The translations under genes were made by a program, and so were the position numbers. A stretch of 64,000 bases of DNA from positions 50,034,001 to 50,098,000 of the forward strand of contig OZ024744.1 in assembly GCA_964016885.1 (NCBI GenBank), written 5' to 3'. Shown here in pieces: positions 28,320 to 41,487 of this stretch. Within the stretch, counting starts at the first letter, position 1. The number at the start of each line of letters is the position of its first letter. The stretch is from Eledone cirrhosa (taxonomy: Eukaryota). The notes beneath the pieces were generated by a model, which saw only the letters and a program-made list of their open reading frames with translations, ran no database searches and was not told the origin of the DNA.

Positions 28320-31300
28320 TAAGGTTTATTTAGTTCTGGTTTTTATTTTCTAAAGTAACAGGTGTTATGTGTGTGTGTGTATGTATGTGTCTGTCTGATG
28401 GTTAGCATGTTATGGTGTTGACATAATGTATATTAAACTATATTTAATGGTGGTGTATATTTTTGAATTAACATATTTTCCTTATTTATTCGTATTTGTT
28501 CTGTTGTATTGTCAGCCCAAACGTATCTTAAGGTTTATTTAGTTCTGGTTTTTATTTTCTAAATTAGGTGTTATGTGTGTCTGTATGTATGTGTCTGTTT
28601 GGATGATTAGCATGTTTTGGTGTTCCTTATTTATTCGTATTTATTCTGTTGTATTGTCAGCGCAAAGGTAAAATGGGAAGACTTGGAATTTGGGTGTCTT
28701 ATTACTTGCTCATATGTATGGATGTGCACTTAGTGGTATCTGTCTCGTGGTTGGATCTCGTAATTGTTGGCGATGAACAGTCATTCTGTCTCTGAGTGTG
28801 AGTTTATTTTGTCCTATATAATCTTCATTGCATCCTTTACATTTAATGGCATAAAGTAGATTTTTTGATGAGCAAGTGAAGTGATTTTTTACAGCAAAAT
28901 TTTGTCCTCATTGAAATGTATACGTGTTGCCTTCAATGAGGTGAGTGCAGTTTCCACAATTAGAGCGAACACATTTTTTGACAGTTGGTTGTGGGTTTGT
29001 GGTAGTTAATTTGGCATTGGTGAATAATGTTTTTAATGATTTCGGTTGTCTTTTGCTATTGGTTATTTTGTGTGTTTCAATGGCTTTTTTTTCATTCTTG
29101 GGTCTTGTTTCAATAGTGGGGTGTTCTTGTGAATAGTGTTGTAAGCTTCCGCATTTCTTGGGTTGTGTGTTGAGATATATGATAGAATATTGGACGTACC
29201 TTGAATTTGTTTCTGTTTTCGTAATTCATCAATGCCTATTGCTTTAGCCCTCTCTATTCCATTATTTATTAGTAATGGTGGGTACTGTCTTTCGAGTAGA
29301 ATTTCCTTTAATTCTTGAAGTCTTTTATTTCGCGTTTCATAATTGGAGACAATTGTACAAATTCTTCTTGCTAGATTAAAAGGAATGTTCGTCTTCGTGT
29401 GCTTTGGATGGTTGGAGGTGAATAGCAGGTATTGTTTGGAATCTGTTGGTTTGTAGTGTATGTCAGTTTCAATATTTGTGTCTTTTTTTAAAGATTAAGA
29501 TGTCCAGAAATGGGAGTTGATCTTGGTTGTATTCCATTGTGAATTGGATGTGGTTATTGATGCCGTTAATAAATTTTTTGAAATCATTCAGTTGGTCGAG
29601 TGTGTGTGACCAAAGAATGAGACAATCATCCAAGTAGCGTTTCCAATTCTCTGATAAAGATTTGTAGAAGTTCAATCCCTATTTTGATTTGGGCTGTTCA
29701 TATATCTGGACCTCTAAGTATGCCATACTAAGTTGACACAAGTTGGAGCGGCTTTTGTACCCATCGCAGTCCCCGATATTTGCTTGTAAGTACTGCCATC
29801 GAAATAAAAAAAGTTATTCTGTAAGATAAATTTTAATCCCTAGGTGATTAAGCTTTTTTCTATTCTGCCAGGTATCTCATTGGGATATTTCTCTAGCCAG
29901 AATCCTATTGCTTCTAGCCCGTATTGGTGTGGGATCGTTGTGTAGATTCACTACATCGAAAGACACAATAATAGTGTCGTTGTTGACATGTTTTGGGAGG
30001 TGGTTGAAGAGGTACAGATCGTCTCTAACAAGGCTTCGTATGTGTTTAATAATTGGTTTTAGTAGTATGTCTATAAAGTTGCTTAGTCTGTGTGTTTCAC
30101 ATTGTGGGCCCGCTACAATTGTCTTAATTTAAGGTCTGTGGGGGTATTGTGTGTTCACGCAGGCTGAGGTGGATTGTTTACAGGCATCGTTAATTATTTT
30201 ACACTTGTGGATCTTCGGAAGTCCCAAAATGTTGCTGGTTTTGTATTCAAAATGTGTTAAATAATCGCGTTCCTTTTTAGTTAAGTCTTCCTGGAATCGA
30301 CAAATCAATGTGTTTAATCTGGTCATCGTTTTTGTTTGCTGGTAGTGTTTTACTATTTCATAGTGATTAGTATTTTGTAAGAGAGAGAACATAGAATTTT
30401 TATATTTTTCAGCATTCATAATGACGACAATACTTTTCTTGTCCGCTTCCTTAATTATAATGTCCGTATTGTTTTTAGTTCATGGATAATCTCCAATTCC
30501 CTTCGACTCGTGTTAGGTTTGCGTTTAGGTTGGGGTAGTTCATGGTATGGGAAAGTTGCTATGTGGTCACAAAATTTGTCCAGAACTCTGTTTCTACCTT
30601 TTGTTGGGTTGTAACTGCTTTTATTCCGTACAATTGATTGGTCGTTATTCTCCTTGTCAAAGACTTCCTCTGTGAGACATAATTTTCTACAGAAGTGTGA
30701 GATATCGTCATTTATCTCATTGAGGTTAGAGTATTGCGGTGTTGGTGTGAATTTCAGTCCTTTGGAGAGAATTTTAACTTGTTGGGCTGAGAGCTTTGTA
30801 TTTGAAAGGTTGGTTATTTTCGGTTTTTCAAAATCGGTTTGTGCCACCGGGTGCCGTGGGTCCTGTAGCCTTGGTCTAAAAATGATTTTTCTGGAATGTT
30901 TTTTCATGGGTATTATTATATCTAATGGCATTTCCCCTGTTGTTGTGTGGTCTTGTAGAGAAGTTTCGGACGTATTGAGGTTCGGTTTGTTGATAGTCCG
31001 GGTTGTAGATTGTGTTCCTTTGTGTGGGTTGGGATCTACGATTTTGGAACAGGTTCTGTGTGGGTTGGGGTCTACGGTTTTGGAATAGGTTTTGTGTGGG
31101 TTGTGATCTGCGGATCGGGTCCTGTTTTGTGTTGGGGGATCTTCGGTTTTTGTTAGTAGGGTTATAGTTTTGTCTATGGGTTCTGAGATTATCGTCATAG
31201 TTTTGCTGGGGGTATGTTGGACGTTTTGTTACTTTTTTTGTTATTTGTTGTGCGTGTTGTGTGTGAGTTTTAGTTTGTTTTAAAAATGGGTTACCTGTAT

Positions 31301-31871
31301 GTTGTTCATTTTTGAAATCCATTTCATAGTTGTTGAACCAGGTGGCGTTTGTTTCCAATTGATTGGTCGTTATTCTCCTTGTCAAAAAATTCTCTTTCCA
31401 AATTTTCTTTCCAAAGTTTTAAGGTTTTTTCATAAAGTAGGCCTTCAGAGTGCCTTGAGATTTCTGTTTCCATCTGTTGGTCGAGTGACTTGAATTTTTC
31501 TTCGTTTAAGTAAAAAGAAATTCAAACAAACTGGCGCGAAAGCTGATGTGCTTATTCACGTGACTGCATCAACCAACAAAACTTCACTCATATATGAAAA
31601 AACAACTTGAGCCCCCCCCCCCCTTGTTTGAAGAACTTTGTAACGCGAACTGGCGCGAAATTTATTATACTTATTCACCAACCAACCACTTTTTTCCATA
31701 TAAAACAAGTAACATTCAAAGACCAACCAGATGTGAGAAAAACCACAGACCCTCCATCTCAACTCTACTTTTGAAAAGCAGAAGAACTGCGAAACTGGTA
31801 AAGGAACCAAATAAATATATATATTTTTTTAAAAATAAGACTCCAGTTGCATTTTCGATTTCATCTTTTTT

Positions 31872-31880
<9 letters not shown>
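28320..31880 (-). mobile_element. Penelope-like element, long decayed ORF (RT + GIY-YIG), with inverted pseudo-LTR at 31510-31880
   Basis: LSKGLKFTPTP, GLPKIHK, WKRYLDD, LPFLDI; same family as 18560-21750. Confidence 0.92.
31764..31806 (+). ncRNA. minimal hammerhead ribozyme, U3-A8 core variant (family D)
   Basis: TCTACTT-TTGAAAA-GCAG(AAGAA)CTGC-GAAA-CTGG-TA-AAGGAA. Confidence 0.68.
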
Positions 31881-31924
<44 letters not shown>

Positions 31925-32133
31925 AATATAAGTATCTATACGTACATACATATATATATACAGACGTACAGTAGTATGTATATACATACATACATGCACA
32001 CATATATATATGTACGTATGGGTTTACCGAACATTTATTTTAATGTTCGGTTTGTTTGTAAACAAACAGTCCGAATTAAGCCGTACAGTGTTCGGCAACC
32101 ATCGTTGCCTTTTTGTTCAACACTGACAAAGGA

Positions 32134-32176
32134 ACGATGAACTAGTTTCTAGCTTATTAGCTATCATCAGCACCGT
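32134..32176 (-). ncRNA. minimal hammerhead ribozyme (family A-related, in repeat 31925-32410)
   Basis: ACGGTG-CTGATGA-TAGCT(AATA)AGCTA-GAAA-CTAG-TT-CATCGT. Confidence 0.85.
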
Positions 32177-32662
32177 ATACCTTCCTGTCAATCGATAGAA
32201 CGTTTGAAAGTATATACTTTCCTTATGCATATTAACGTCTGAGCATTATAACAAATGTTCGGTAAACCCATACGTACATATATATATGTGTGCATGTATG
32301 TATGTATATATATACTACTGTACGTCTGTATACATATATGTATGTACGTATACATACTTATATTTATGTATCAGCCGTGCTAAGAGTGAGAAATGAAATT
32401 TCATTATTTTCCATTTATATATATATATATATATATATAACAATTAAGTTAAAAATGTACATCCACATATGTATACTGAAATACTAGTATGCATATGAAT
32501 ACACACGCGTGTACATATGTAGATGTACCGAGTTTTTCACTGGACACTTTACTGTGAGTGTCCAGCTATTCTGTATGTAAACACACAGACAAACCGGTTT
32601 TTAGAGTCATACTGGTTTTCGAGGAAACACCTTTCCTCTATTCTCCAGAAAGCCAGACAAGG

Positions 32663-32707
32663 AATATTGGACTAGTTTCGATGTTGTTACATCTCATCAG
32701 CAATATT
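32663..32707 (-). ncRNA. canonical minimal hammerhead ribozyme (family E)
   Basis: AATATTG-CTGATGA-GATGT(AACA)ACATC-GAAA-CTAG-TC-CAATATT; perfect stems I and II, GUC site. Confidence 0.93.
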
Positions 32708-33295
32708 TACCTATCTTCCGGCCTTTCTAGAGAATCGTAAAAGCACATATCGTCATATGCTTTTTCTATGAAAATTAGTAGTGGGCAGACTAATTTGCAT
32801 AGAGCGTGAGTACGTACCGGTTCAGCGGAGACGATAAAAACAAATAACGAAACGAAATTAAATTTCGTTTCGTTTGTAACTCACTTTTGTATGTCTGACG
32901 CTTAAACAATTAAGTTAAAAATGTACATCCACATATGTATACTGAAATACTAGTAAAGTGTCCAGTGAAAAAAAGTAAAGTGTCCAGTGAAAAACTCGGT
33001 ACATCTACATATGTACACATATGTACACGTGTGTGTATTCATATGCATACTAGTATTTCAGTATACATATGTGGATGTACATTTTTAACTTAATTGTTTA
33101 AGCGTCAGTCATACAAAAGTGAGTTACAAACGAAACGAAATTTAATTTCGTTTCGTTATTTGTTTTTATCGTCTCCGCTGAACCGGTACGTACTCACGCT
33201 CTATGCAAATTAGTCTGCCCACTACTAATTTTCATAGAAAAAGCATATGACGATATGTGCTTTTACGATTCTCTAGAAAGGCCGGAAGATATGTA

Positions 33296-33340
33296 AATAT
33301 TGCTGATGAGATGTAACAACATCGAAACTAGTCCAATATT
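33296..33340 (+). ncRNA. canonical minimal hammerhead ribozyme (family E)
   Basis: Identical motif on the plus strand. Confidence 0.93.
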
Positions 33341-33642
33341 CCTTGTCTGGCTTTCTGGAGAATAGAGGAAAGGTGTTTCCTCGAAAACCAGTATGACTCT
33401 AAAAACCGGTTTGTCTGTGTGTTTACATACAGAATAGCTGGACACTCACAGTAAAGTGTCCAGTGAAAAACTCGGTACATCTACATATGTACACGTGTGT
33501 GTATTCATATGCATACTAGTATTTCAGTATACATATGTGGATGTACATTTTTAACTTAATTGTTTAAGCGTCAGTCATACAAAAGTGAGTTACAAACGAA
33601 ACGAAATTTAATTTCGTTTCGTTATTTGTTTTTATATATATA

Positions 33643-33731
<89 letters not shown>

Positions 33732-33817
33732 GTACGTTATTCCGGGTTGAATCGGAGGTAACCACAGTAAGTAAGGTACTCAATACATTGCAGAGTATAA
33801 AAGTTTTAATATAGATG

Positions 33818-33868
33818 AGATTCTACAGGACTAGAACTGTTTCATTCTTTAGAAATCATCAGGAATCT
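33818..33868 (-). ncRNA. hammerhead ribozyme (family F) in the perfect palindrome 33803-33926
   Basis: AGATTC-CTGATGA-TTTCT(AA)AGAAT-GAAA-CAG(TTCTAGTC)CTG-TA-GAATCT. Confidence 0.8.
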
Positions 33869-33923
33869 GATGATTTCTAAAGAATGAAACAGTTCTAGTC
33901 CTGTAGAATCTCATCTATATTAA

Positions 33924-33974
<51 letters not shown>

Positions 33975-34012
33975 CAGTTGAAAATTGCAAACTTTACTGT
34001 CACCACATAATA

Positions 34013-34051
34013 TGAACCTGAAGATTGCGAAAGCATGAAAGTACTTGTTCA
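34013..34051 (+). ncRNA. 39-nt minimal hammerhead ribozyme (family G)
   Basis: TGAAC-CTGAAGA-TTGC(GAAA)GCAT-GAAA-GTAC-TT-GTTCA; GNRA-capped stem II, palindromic stem III. Confidence 0.85.
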
Positions 34052-34209
34052 ATTAACACTTAACATTTAATATTCTACCATACTATTTCATTCTAATACC
34101 ATTATAAATTTTAAAGGATTGTAAATAAAACGAGTAAATCAGACAAAGTTGGAATTCCTTTTATATATATATGTATATATATATATGTGTATATATATAT
34201 ATGTATATA

Positions 34210-34328
<119 letters not shown>

Positions 34329-34487
34329 GTGTGTGTATATATATATATATATATAAATGTAAGTATGTATGTTTTCGGTATGCCTGACCGATTTAACTCA
34401 CTCAATATGCAAATTAGGCTGCTCAGCCGTTAATTTTCATAAGGAAAGTATATACTTTCGAACGTTCAGCTATCTGGCAGATGGGTA

Positions 34488-34532
34488 AACAGTGCTGATG
34501 ATAGCTAACAAGCTTGAAACTAGTACATCGTT
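34488..34532 (+). ncRNA. minimal hammerhead ribozyme, array unit 1
   Basis: AACAGTG-CTGATGA-TAGCT(AACA)AGCTT-GAAA-CTAG-TA-CATCGTT. Confidence 0.85.
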
Positions 34533-34977
34533 CCTGTGTCAGTGTTGAACAAAAAGGTGACGTGGTTGCCTTAACACCGTATGGCATAAATTCAGGCTGT
34601 TCGGTTTGTTGACAAACAAACGAACAAAGCTGCGTTATAATAAACGTCGGCTAAACTGATGCGTGCATATATGTATGTGTACCTGTATGCATATATGTAT
34701 ATATATGTATATATATATATATATATGTATATATATGCATGCTACTGTACGTCTGTATACATATATGTATGTACGTATACATACATACTTACATTTAAGT
34801 AAGTGCCACACTAAGAGTGAGAAATGAAATTTCGTTTTCATTTTTTTTTTTCAACTTATCGTTTTCGGTATGCCTGACCGATTTAACTCACTCAATATGC
34901 AAATTAGGCTGCTCAGCCGTTAATTTTCATAAGGAAAGTATATACTTTCGAACGTTCAGCTATCTGGCAGATGGGTA

Positions 34978-35022
34978 AACAGTGCTGATGATAGCTAACA
35001 AGCTTGAAACTAGTACATCGTT
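34978..35022 (+). ncRNA. minimal hammerhead ribozyme, array unit 2
   Basis: Same motif as unit 1. Confidence 0.85.
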
Positions 35023-35197
35023 CCTGTGTCAGTGTTGAACAAAAAGGTGACGTGGTTGCCTTAACACCGTATGGCATAAATTCAGGCTGTTCGGTTTGTT
35101 GACAAACAAACGAACAAAGCTGCGTTATAATAAACGTCGGCTAAACTGATGCGTGCATATATGTATGTGTACCTGTATGCATATATGTATATATATG

Positions 35198-35228
<31 letters not shown>

Positions 35229-35469
35229 GCATGCTACTGTACGTCTGTATACATATATGTATGTACGTATACATACATACTTACATTTAAGTAAGTGCCA
35301 CACTAAGAGTGAGAAATGAAATTTCGTTTTCATTTTTTTTTTTCAACTTATCGTTTTCGGTATGCCTGACCGATTTAACTCACTCAATATGCAAATTAGG
35401 CTGCTCAGCCGTTAATTTTCATAAGGAAAGTATATACTTTCGAACGTTCAACTATCTGGCAGATGGGTA

Positions 35470-35514
35470 AACGGTGCTGATGATAGCTAACAAGCTTGAA
35501 ACTAGTACATCGTT
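35470..35514 (+). ncRNA. minimal hammerhead ribozyme, array unit 3
   Basis: AACGGTG/CATCGTT stem I fully paired (one GU). Confidence 0.9.
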
Positions 35515-36547
35515 CCTGTGTCAGTGTTGAACAAAAAGGTGACGTGGTTGCCTTAACACCGTATGGCATAAATTCAGGCTGTTCGGTTTGTTGACAAACA
35601 AACGAACAAAGCTGCGTTATAATAAACGTCGGCTAAACTGATGCGTGCATATATGTATGTGTACCTGTATGCATATATGTATATATATGTATATATATAT
35701 ATATATGTATATATATGCATGCTACTGTACGTCTGTATACATATATGTATGTACGTATACATACATACTTACATTTAAGTAAGTGCCATACTAAGAGTGA
35801 GAAATGAAATTTCGTTTTCATTTTTTTTTCAACTTATATATATATATATATGTATATAGAATTAGTCTCTTAATAGACTAACTCTATTTAGTCAAATACG
35901 GCGTAAACATAGGTTACTACCTAATTTTCAAATTCGCTAGCCCTTTCTAAACAAAGCTTGCTTTGTGTCTCCCTATTTATATACATATTAAGTATTCCCT
36001 TAAAAAATTGTTTTCATTTTTTTTTGTCTACGTTCGTTCTTTAGTCCTTTGTTCGTTTTCTCAAGTTTATCTACTAATGTGACGAATGTGTTATCTCTTC
36101 TAAAAAATTTATTGTTATGGCTTACATTTTCTACCACGATATCATACTTTCTTTTTTTTTTTTTTTCTTACTTTCTTTTTTCCTTTGTTTTACTTATATT
36201 TCGCGGACTATGTGAGGCAGCAGACATTTACCCTAACGTTACACAAAATTGTATATGTTTTGTAGCTTAACAACTATAAATTACTATATATCTTTTGACT
36301 CTTACTCCTTTGGACAGCGTTTGCCTCATGTCAGACGCTGTGACTCCGGACGGACCAGCAGTACTGTTGGTAGGGGTCGAAACTGCGCAAGTCCATCTCA
36401 ACGGCCGATAACCATGGAGTTCTCTGTCCTTCGTTTGTATATTTATTTTTCTTTAAATAATTTTGTTAAGGTTTCCCCTTAAAAAATTGTTTTTCGTTTT
36501 GCTTTGTTTCCATTCGTACTCTTGTCCTTTGTTAATTTTCTTAAGTT

Positions 36548-36649
<102 letters not shown>

Positions 36650-37183
36650 CATGACTAATTCTCACTAGTAAGAAGTTATAAGGCTTTATTCCAATGTTCA
36701 TTGACAATAGAAAATTATGGACACTTGCAATTTGTGTTGCCAGATTCCCACGTAACTACGTAGGTTGCACCAACTAACGTGGTGGCAGCTGATTGGTTGA
36801 TTCAAACGAATTTCATAATAATTTATATAAACCGTTCATGTTGGATGGTTTAACTGATGGATTGATCTTGTCATTGCCATTAGTAGGCTGTGATACAATT
36901 ACAAAAAGCACTCAATGTTGTGTGTAACATCCATCATAGATTTGGTATCTTGTTGTTGATGCAGGAACGAAGTTGAATACTTCAATGAAAAAAGAAGGTC
37001 GGATTCCAATATGTTTCTGTAATATTTTGTAAATACACAATACGTATTTCTATGGCTGGTGGCTTATGTCACCATATCATGGCGATGTCTCTGTCAATCA
37101 ACGTGATACTCCTTTATCTTTTGCATAGTTTGTTTTACCATATTATAACATGTTTTACATAATAGCGTAAATACTACACTGTA

Positions 37184-37328
37184 TGCGTAGGAAAACCTTC
37201 ATGGTTGGGTCTACGGTATAATATGTATGTTGCAGGGCCTACACTGTATGCGCACAAAGCGCATACAGTGTAGGCTCTGCAACATACATATTATACCATA
37301 GACCAGACCATGAAGGTTTTCCTACGCA
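37184..37328. repeat. imperfect hairpin palindrome, ~70-bp arms
   Basis: TGCGTAGGAAAACCTTCATGG...CCATGAAGGTTTTCCTACGCA. Confidence 0.85.
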
Positions 37329-37494
37329 CCAACTAGTATATGGAGTGTTTATAACTTTTTATAATTTTATGACTTTGTATTATGATATATAATTTAGGCA
37401 GTATGTAGGCTAGTGCCGGAGTTAGGACAAATGAGGCCTTGTGCTAGTTGAGTTATGAGGCTCCTTACTCGTAAAATCTTTGTTTGCAGGAAGA

Positions 37495-37712
37495 TGTCCC
37501 TCCCTCAACACCTAAACATAATGGTAAGATAGCCCCCGCCGCCAACACATAAACACAATGGTAAGATGTACTTTCCCCCAACACCTAAACACAATGGTAA
37601 AGATACCCCTCCCCCAACACCTAAACTCAGTGGTAAGATACCCCTCACTCAACACCTAAACTCAATGGCAAAAATGCCCCTCCCCCGCGTTAACCTAAAC
37701 ACAATGGTAAAC
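37495..37712 (+). repeat. ~37-bp minisatellite, about 6 units
   Basis: Repeated CCCAACACCTAAACACAATGGTAAGAT. Confidence 0.85.
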
Positions 37713-37961
37713 TCGGCAATGATAATGACGTATACTTTATATATTTTTTTAATATGTTATTTGTAAATTTAGATATTACTTGACCCAATATCTATTCTAA
37801 ATCTATTACTTATTTCATTAAATAATTAATTAATTTCTTCTCAATTAATTAACTACATTTAATACATTCATCACATTTATGACTTACTATTGTAATTATA
37901 CAGTTTTCATAATTATTTTCATTTTAGAATTTATTCACCTTTTACGATACATCAACCTTTT

Positions 37962-38905
37962 GCAGTATCGGTAGGGGGTCGGACGCCATGCTTTGCAGCA
38001 TAGAGTTATGCCCCTTTGAGTTCAAATCCCGCCAAGGTTAACTTTGCCTTTCATCCTTACGGGCTCGATAAAATAAAGTACCAGTAATACACTGGTTTGG
38101 ACTTGTGCCAAATATAGAAATAATTATTTACTATTGTGATTCTTTCGTTAGTACAGGGTGGTGTTTCTGACATTGTTTTCAGCAAGAATTAACGTTTTAA
38201 GTGCATACAACATATGTGTGATGGGTGTTACAACAGCTTGCTATTAATATCTGCTACGTTAGGGCGGTGGGTTGGCAGTATCAATAGAGCGCCGAACACC
38301 ATGCTCTGCAGCATAGAGTTACGGCCCTTTATGATCTGAGTTCAAATCCCGCCGAGGTTAACTTTACCTTTCATCCTTACGGGGTCGATAAAATAAAGTA
38401 CCAGTCACGCATTGGAATCGATTTAATCGACTTTCCCCACCCCAAAATTGTTGGGTTGTGCCTATAAATGAAACCACTGGATTGGCAGTATCGGTGGAGG
38501 GTCGGACGCTATGCTTTGACGCATAGAGTTGCGGCCCTTGCCATTCTGAGTTCAAACCCCGCCGAGGTTAACTTTGCCTTTCATCCTTACGGGGTCGATA
38601 AAATAAAGTACCAGTAATGTACTGGGTAATTGCTGGCCTTATGCCAAAAGTAGAAACAATTATTATCTGGTACGTTAGGGCTGTGGATTGGCAGTATCGG
38701 TAGAGCATCGGACACCATGCTTTGCAGCATAGAGTTACTGCCCTTTACGATCTAAGTTCAAATCCTGCCAAGATTAGCTTTGCCTTTCATCCTTACAGGG
38801 TCGATAAAATAAAGTACCAGTAATACACTGGCGTCGATTTAATCGACTTTCTCCTCCCCCAAATTACTGGCCCTGTGCCTATAGTAGAAAGTATTATCTG
38901 GTACG
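37962..38905 (+). mobile_element. cluster of four tRNA-derived SINEs (starts near 37962, 38261, 38478, 38677)
   Basis: A box TGGCAGTATCGG, B box GAGTTCAAATCC, conserved central domain. Confidence 0.92.
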
Positions 38906-39591
38906 TGTTGCATCATGAATCGACTACTTATCTGTCCTCATAATTACCTCGGTGCCGGCATCTGATTCTTACCTGGGGTGCTTCGAATAAATTGAACTTA
39001 ATGTTAAAAAAATTCCCTATTTTCATATATTGAACCTCTTCCTGAATCATTGGGACCAGGGGAACGGTGGGTGGATCGAGCTCATAAACAGGCCAAGCCA
39101 TAGAATATTTTCATCATCAAATTAATATCGATTCACACATGTACACAAGAATAGGCCTTTTAACCAATTACTTTTTAAATTAATTATTTTTTATTTTTTT
39201 ATTTTTGTAAGTAATTACTTACATTATAATTATAATTAGTCTTTCTCTGACACCTGATACTTCGTATAACCTTTTAGAACTTTAACTATTTAACGTTGTT
39301 TTCTTCTTTTTTGTAATCTTTGTAATCTACAGTCTTTGTTACGCTATTCACTACAGACTTTTATATCCTGTAAGAGATTCACGGTCACGCTACACCGGAT
39401 TTAGGCCAGCAACCAGCGCTGCTATAGCAGCATCTATGGCGCCACTACACGTTCATAAAGACACTAAAACCAGAGGCTCTCAAAATGGGCGCTACGTCCT
39501 CTCCTCCTGGGGCCTAAGGGGTGGGGGTTTAGAGACGATATAATAGTATATTAAATATCAAATGATACATATTATATATAAATATAATAAA

Positions 39592-40275
39592 ATATCTTCT
39601 CCATGAGCCTTGCCCTCCTTGATCGTCTTCTTGGCTCTCTGAAGCTCCTCTCTGGTGAAGGGTCCTGTCTCAATATCTAGTTCCCCAAACAGCCGCCCGA
39701 TCTCCCCAGTATTCTGGGCTGTGGAGGGCGGCTCTCCTAGTAGGGTCCTAAAATGGTCTAGCCATTTCCTCTTCCTATCCTCGGGCCCTGTTCCCTGGAT
39801 CTGACTCGAACACCTCTTCCTCCCTGTGATCTCGTTGATGATCATCCAGCTCTCCTTACATCCAGACCTGTCAACCGCTCTCTCCACCCTTCTGATCTTC
39901 TCTATCAGTGCCTCCTCTCTGGCCTCAGTGTAAGCGGTACAGAGTTCTTCCCTCATCTCCTCCGTAGGATCAGCATACAATTGGTCCTTGGCAGCTTTCA
40001 TGTGTTCTCTGGCTGCACACACCTTTGGGTCTGCAGAGCTGACATGCTTCCTCTTCTTCTCTCTCCTCGGCACCAGAGTCTCACTTGCTTCTGCCACTGC
40101 AGTGGGGAAGTACCCGTACCCACTCATCACATTCTCCTCAGTCCCTCTATCTCTCTCTCCTCTGCCTCTCTACACAGAGCACTGAACCCGTGAACCTCTC
40201 CTGTAGCTTATCATCTTCCTTGAAAGCTCCCCAGTCATAGATTGCCCTCTGGGGCTGAGCCTTGCTTTTTCTTAA
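39592..40275 (-). mobile_element. RTE-X-like LINE linker fragment
   Basis: SWMIINEITGRK..WLDHFRTLLGEP..GPFTREEL..EGKAHGED; homologous to 9744-10164. Confidence 0.8.
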
Positions 40276-40665
40276 TGTGTGTGTGGGGGTGGGGGTGAGG
40301 GGTGAGAGAGACATAAAAAACAAAACACTCATAAAACTTCCTTATTAGGCTGGGGGAGTAAACTGCCGATTAAATGGTAGCATTGGCCTTGGATTTAAAT
40401 GTTGTGAAATAACCATAGTCAGTATGATCTCTTTCAGCCCCAAAAGACATCATCTGAAACACAGCAATGTACCATATAACATTGCTTCTGAAGTGTTTAG
40501 CTTCGTTAGTACGGACAGTAAGTAGTATATGGATAAAGGTTGGCGGGTAGATTAATTTCAAATAGTATCAATTTCTCTTTGTTCTGTAAAATCAAAGGCT
40601 AAAATGACTTTATAAAAGCTAACGCAATATTGTTAAACCTTCAACTGATACACTTTTGTGGGACA

Positions 40666-40780
<115 letters not shown>

Positions 40781-40888
40781 GTTAGAATATGTGTAATAAG
40801 GCCAAGTAATATGTGTAATTTGGCCTTATTACACATATTCTAACGTTTATACCTCATTACACAATGCTTCAAGTGAACTATAACCTCC

Positions 40889-40949
<61 letters not shown>

Positions 40950-40957
<8 letters not shown>

Positions 40958-41287
40958 TAAAAAAATAATGAATAAAACAATGAAACAGTTCCTTATATTA
41001 AACAAAAAAAGTTCATTATTTAACGATCGTTTCTAGGATATATATGTGTTAGAATTGGCATGCATATTCAACAGATCTATGTACAAAATTATATATAATA
41101 TAATTATATATTATATATAATATAATTATATATTATATATAATATAATTTTGTACATAGATCTGTTGAATATGCATGCCAATTCTAACACATATATATCC
41201 TAGAAACGATCGTTAAATAATGAACTTTTTTTGTTTAATATAAGGAACTGTTTCATTGTTTTATTCATTATTTTTTTAATATTTTAT
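40950..41287. repeat. near-perfect foldback palindrome, ~165-bp arms
   Basis: Direct reading; arms contain GAAA-CGATCG-TT, resembling the 3' half of an HHR. Confidence 0.92.
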
Positions 41288-41418
41288 CTTGACTCTGTAT
41301 TCCGTTTATCTTTCACCGAAAGTGATTTTTCATTGCATCTCTTCTTTCCATGATATCCGGATTACATTGAGTTCTTCATACGGATTGGACACTACCGTAA
41401 ACTCTTGGTAGATTTATC

Positions 41419-41487
<69 letters not shown>

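Larger units (their letters stand above)
32439..33632. mobile_element. inverted pair of greater-than-unit-length ~466-bp retrozyme-like repeats (family E)
   Basis: Left copy repeats with period 466 (32441/32907); right inverted copy with period 476 (32975/33451); flanked by (TA)n. Confidence 0.88.
34371..35837 (+). mobile_element. three tandem ~490-bp units, one HHR each (retrozyme-like array, family A)
   Basis: Unit starts at 34371, 34861 and 35353; near-identical; flanked by (TA)n. Confidence 0.93.

Noticed and set aside
34371-35837. CRISPR-like interpretation of the tandem arrays and SINE clusters
   Set aside because: No unique spacers, eukaryotic context, no cas genes
36721-37140. Possible piggyBac C-terminal remnant (IECF..YH on the minus strand)
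   Set aside because: Too decayed; no TIR or TTAA TSD confirmed
38261-38360. tRNA gene
   Set aside because: A and B boxes are present but run into a SINE body; no cloverleaf
40438-40517. AG..GTAAGT-bounded segment as RMND5 exon 2
   Set aside because: The phase-compatible frame hits TGA after five full codons and there is no convincing similarity
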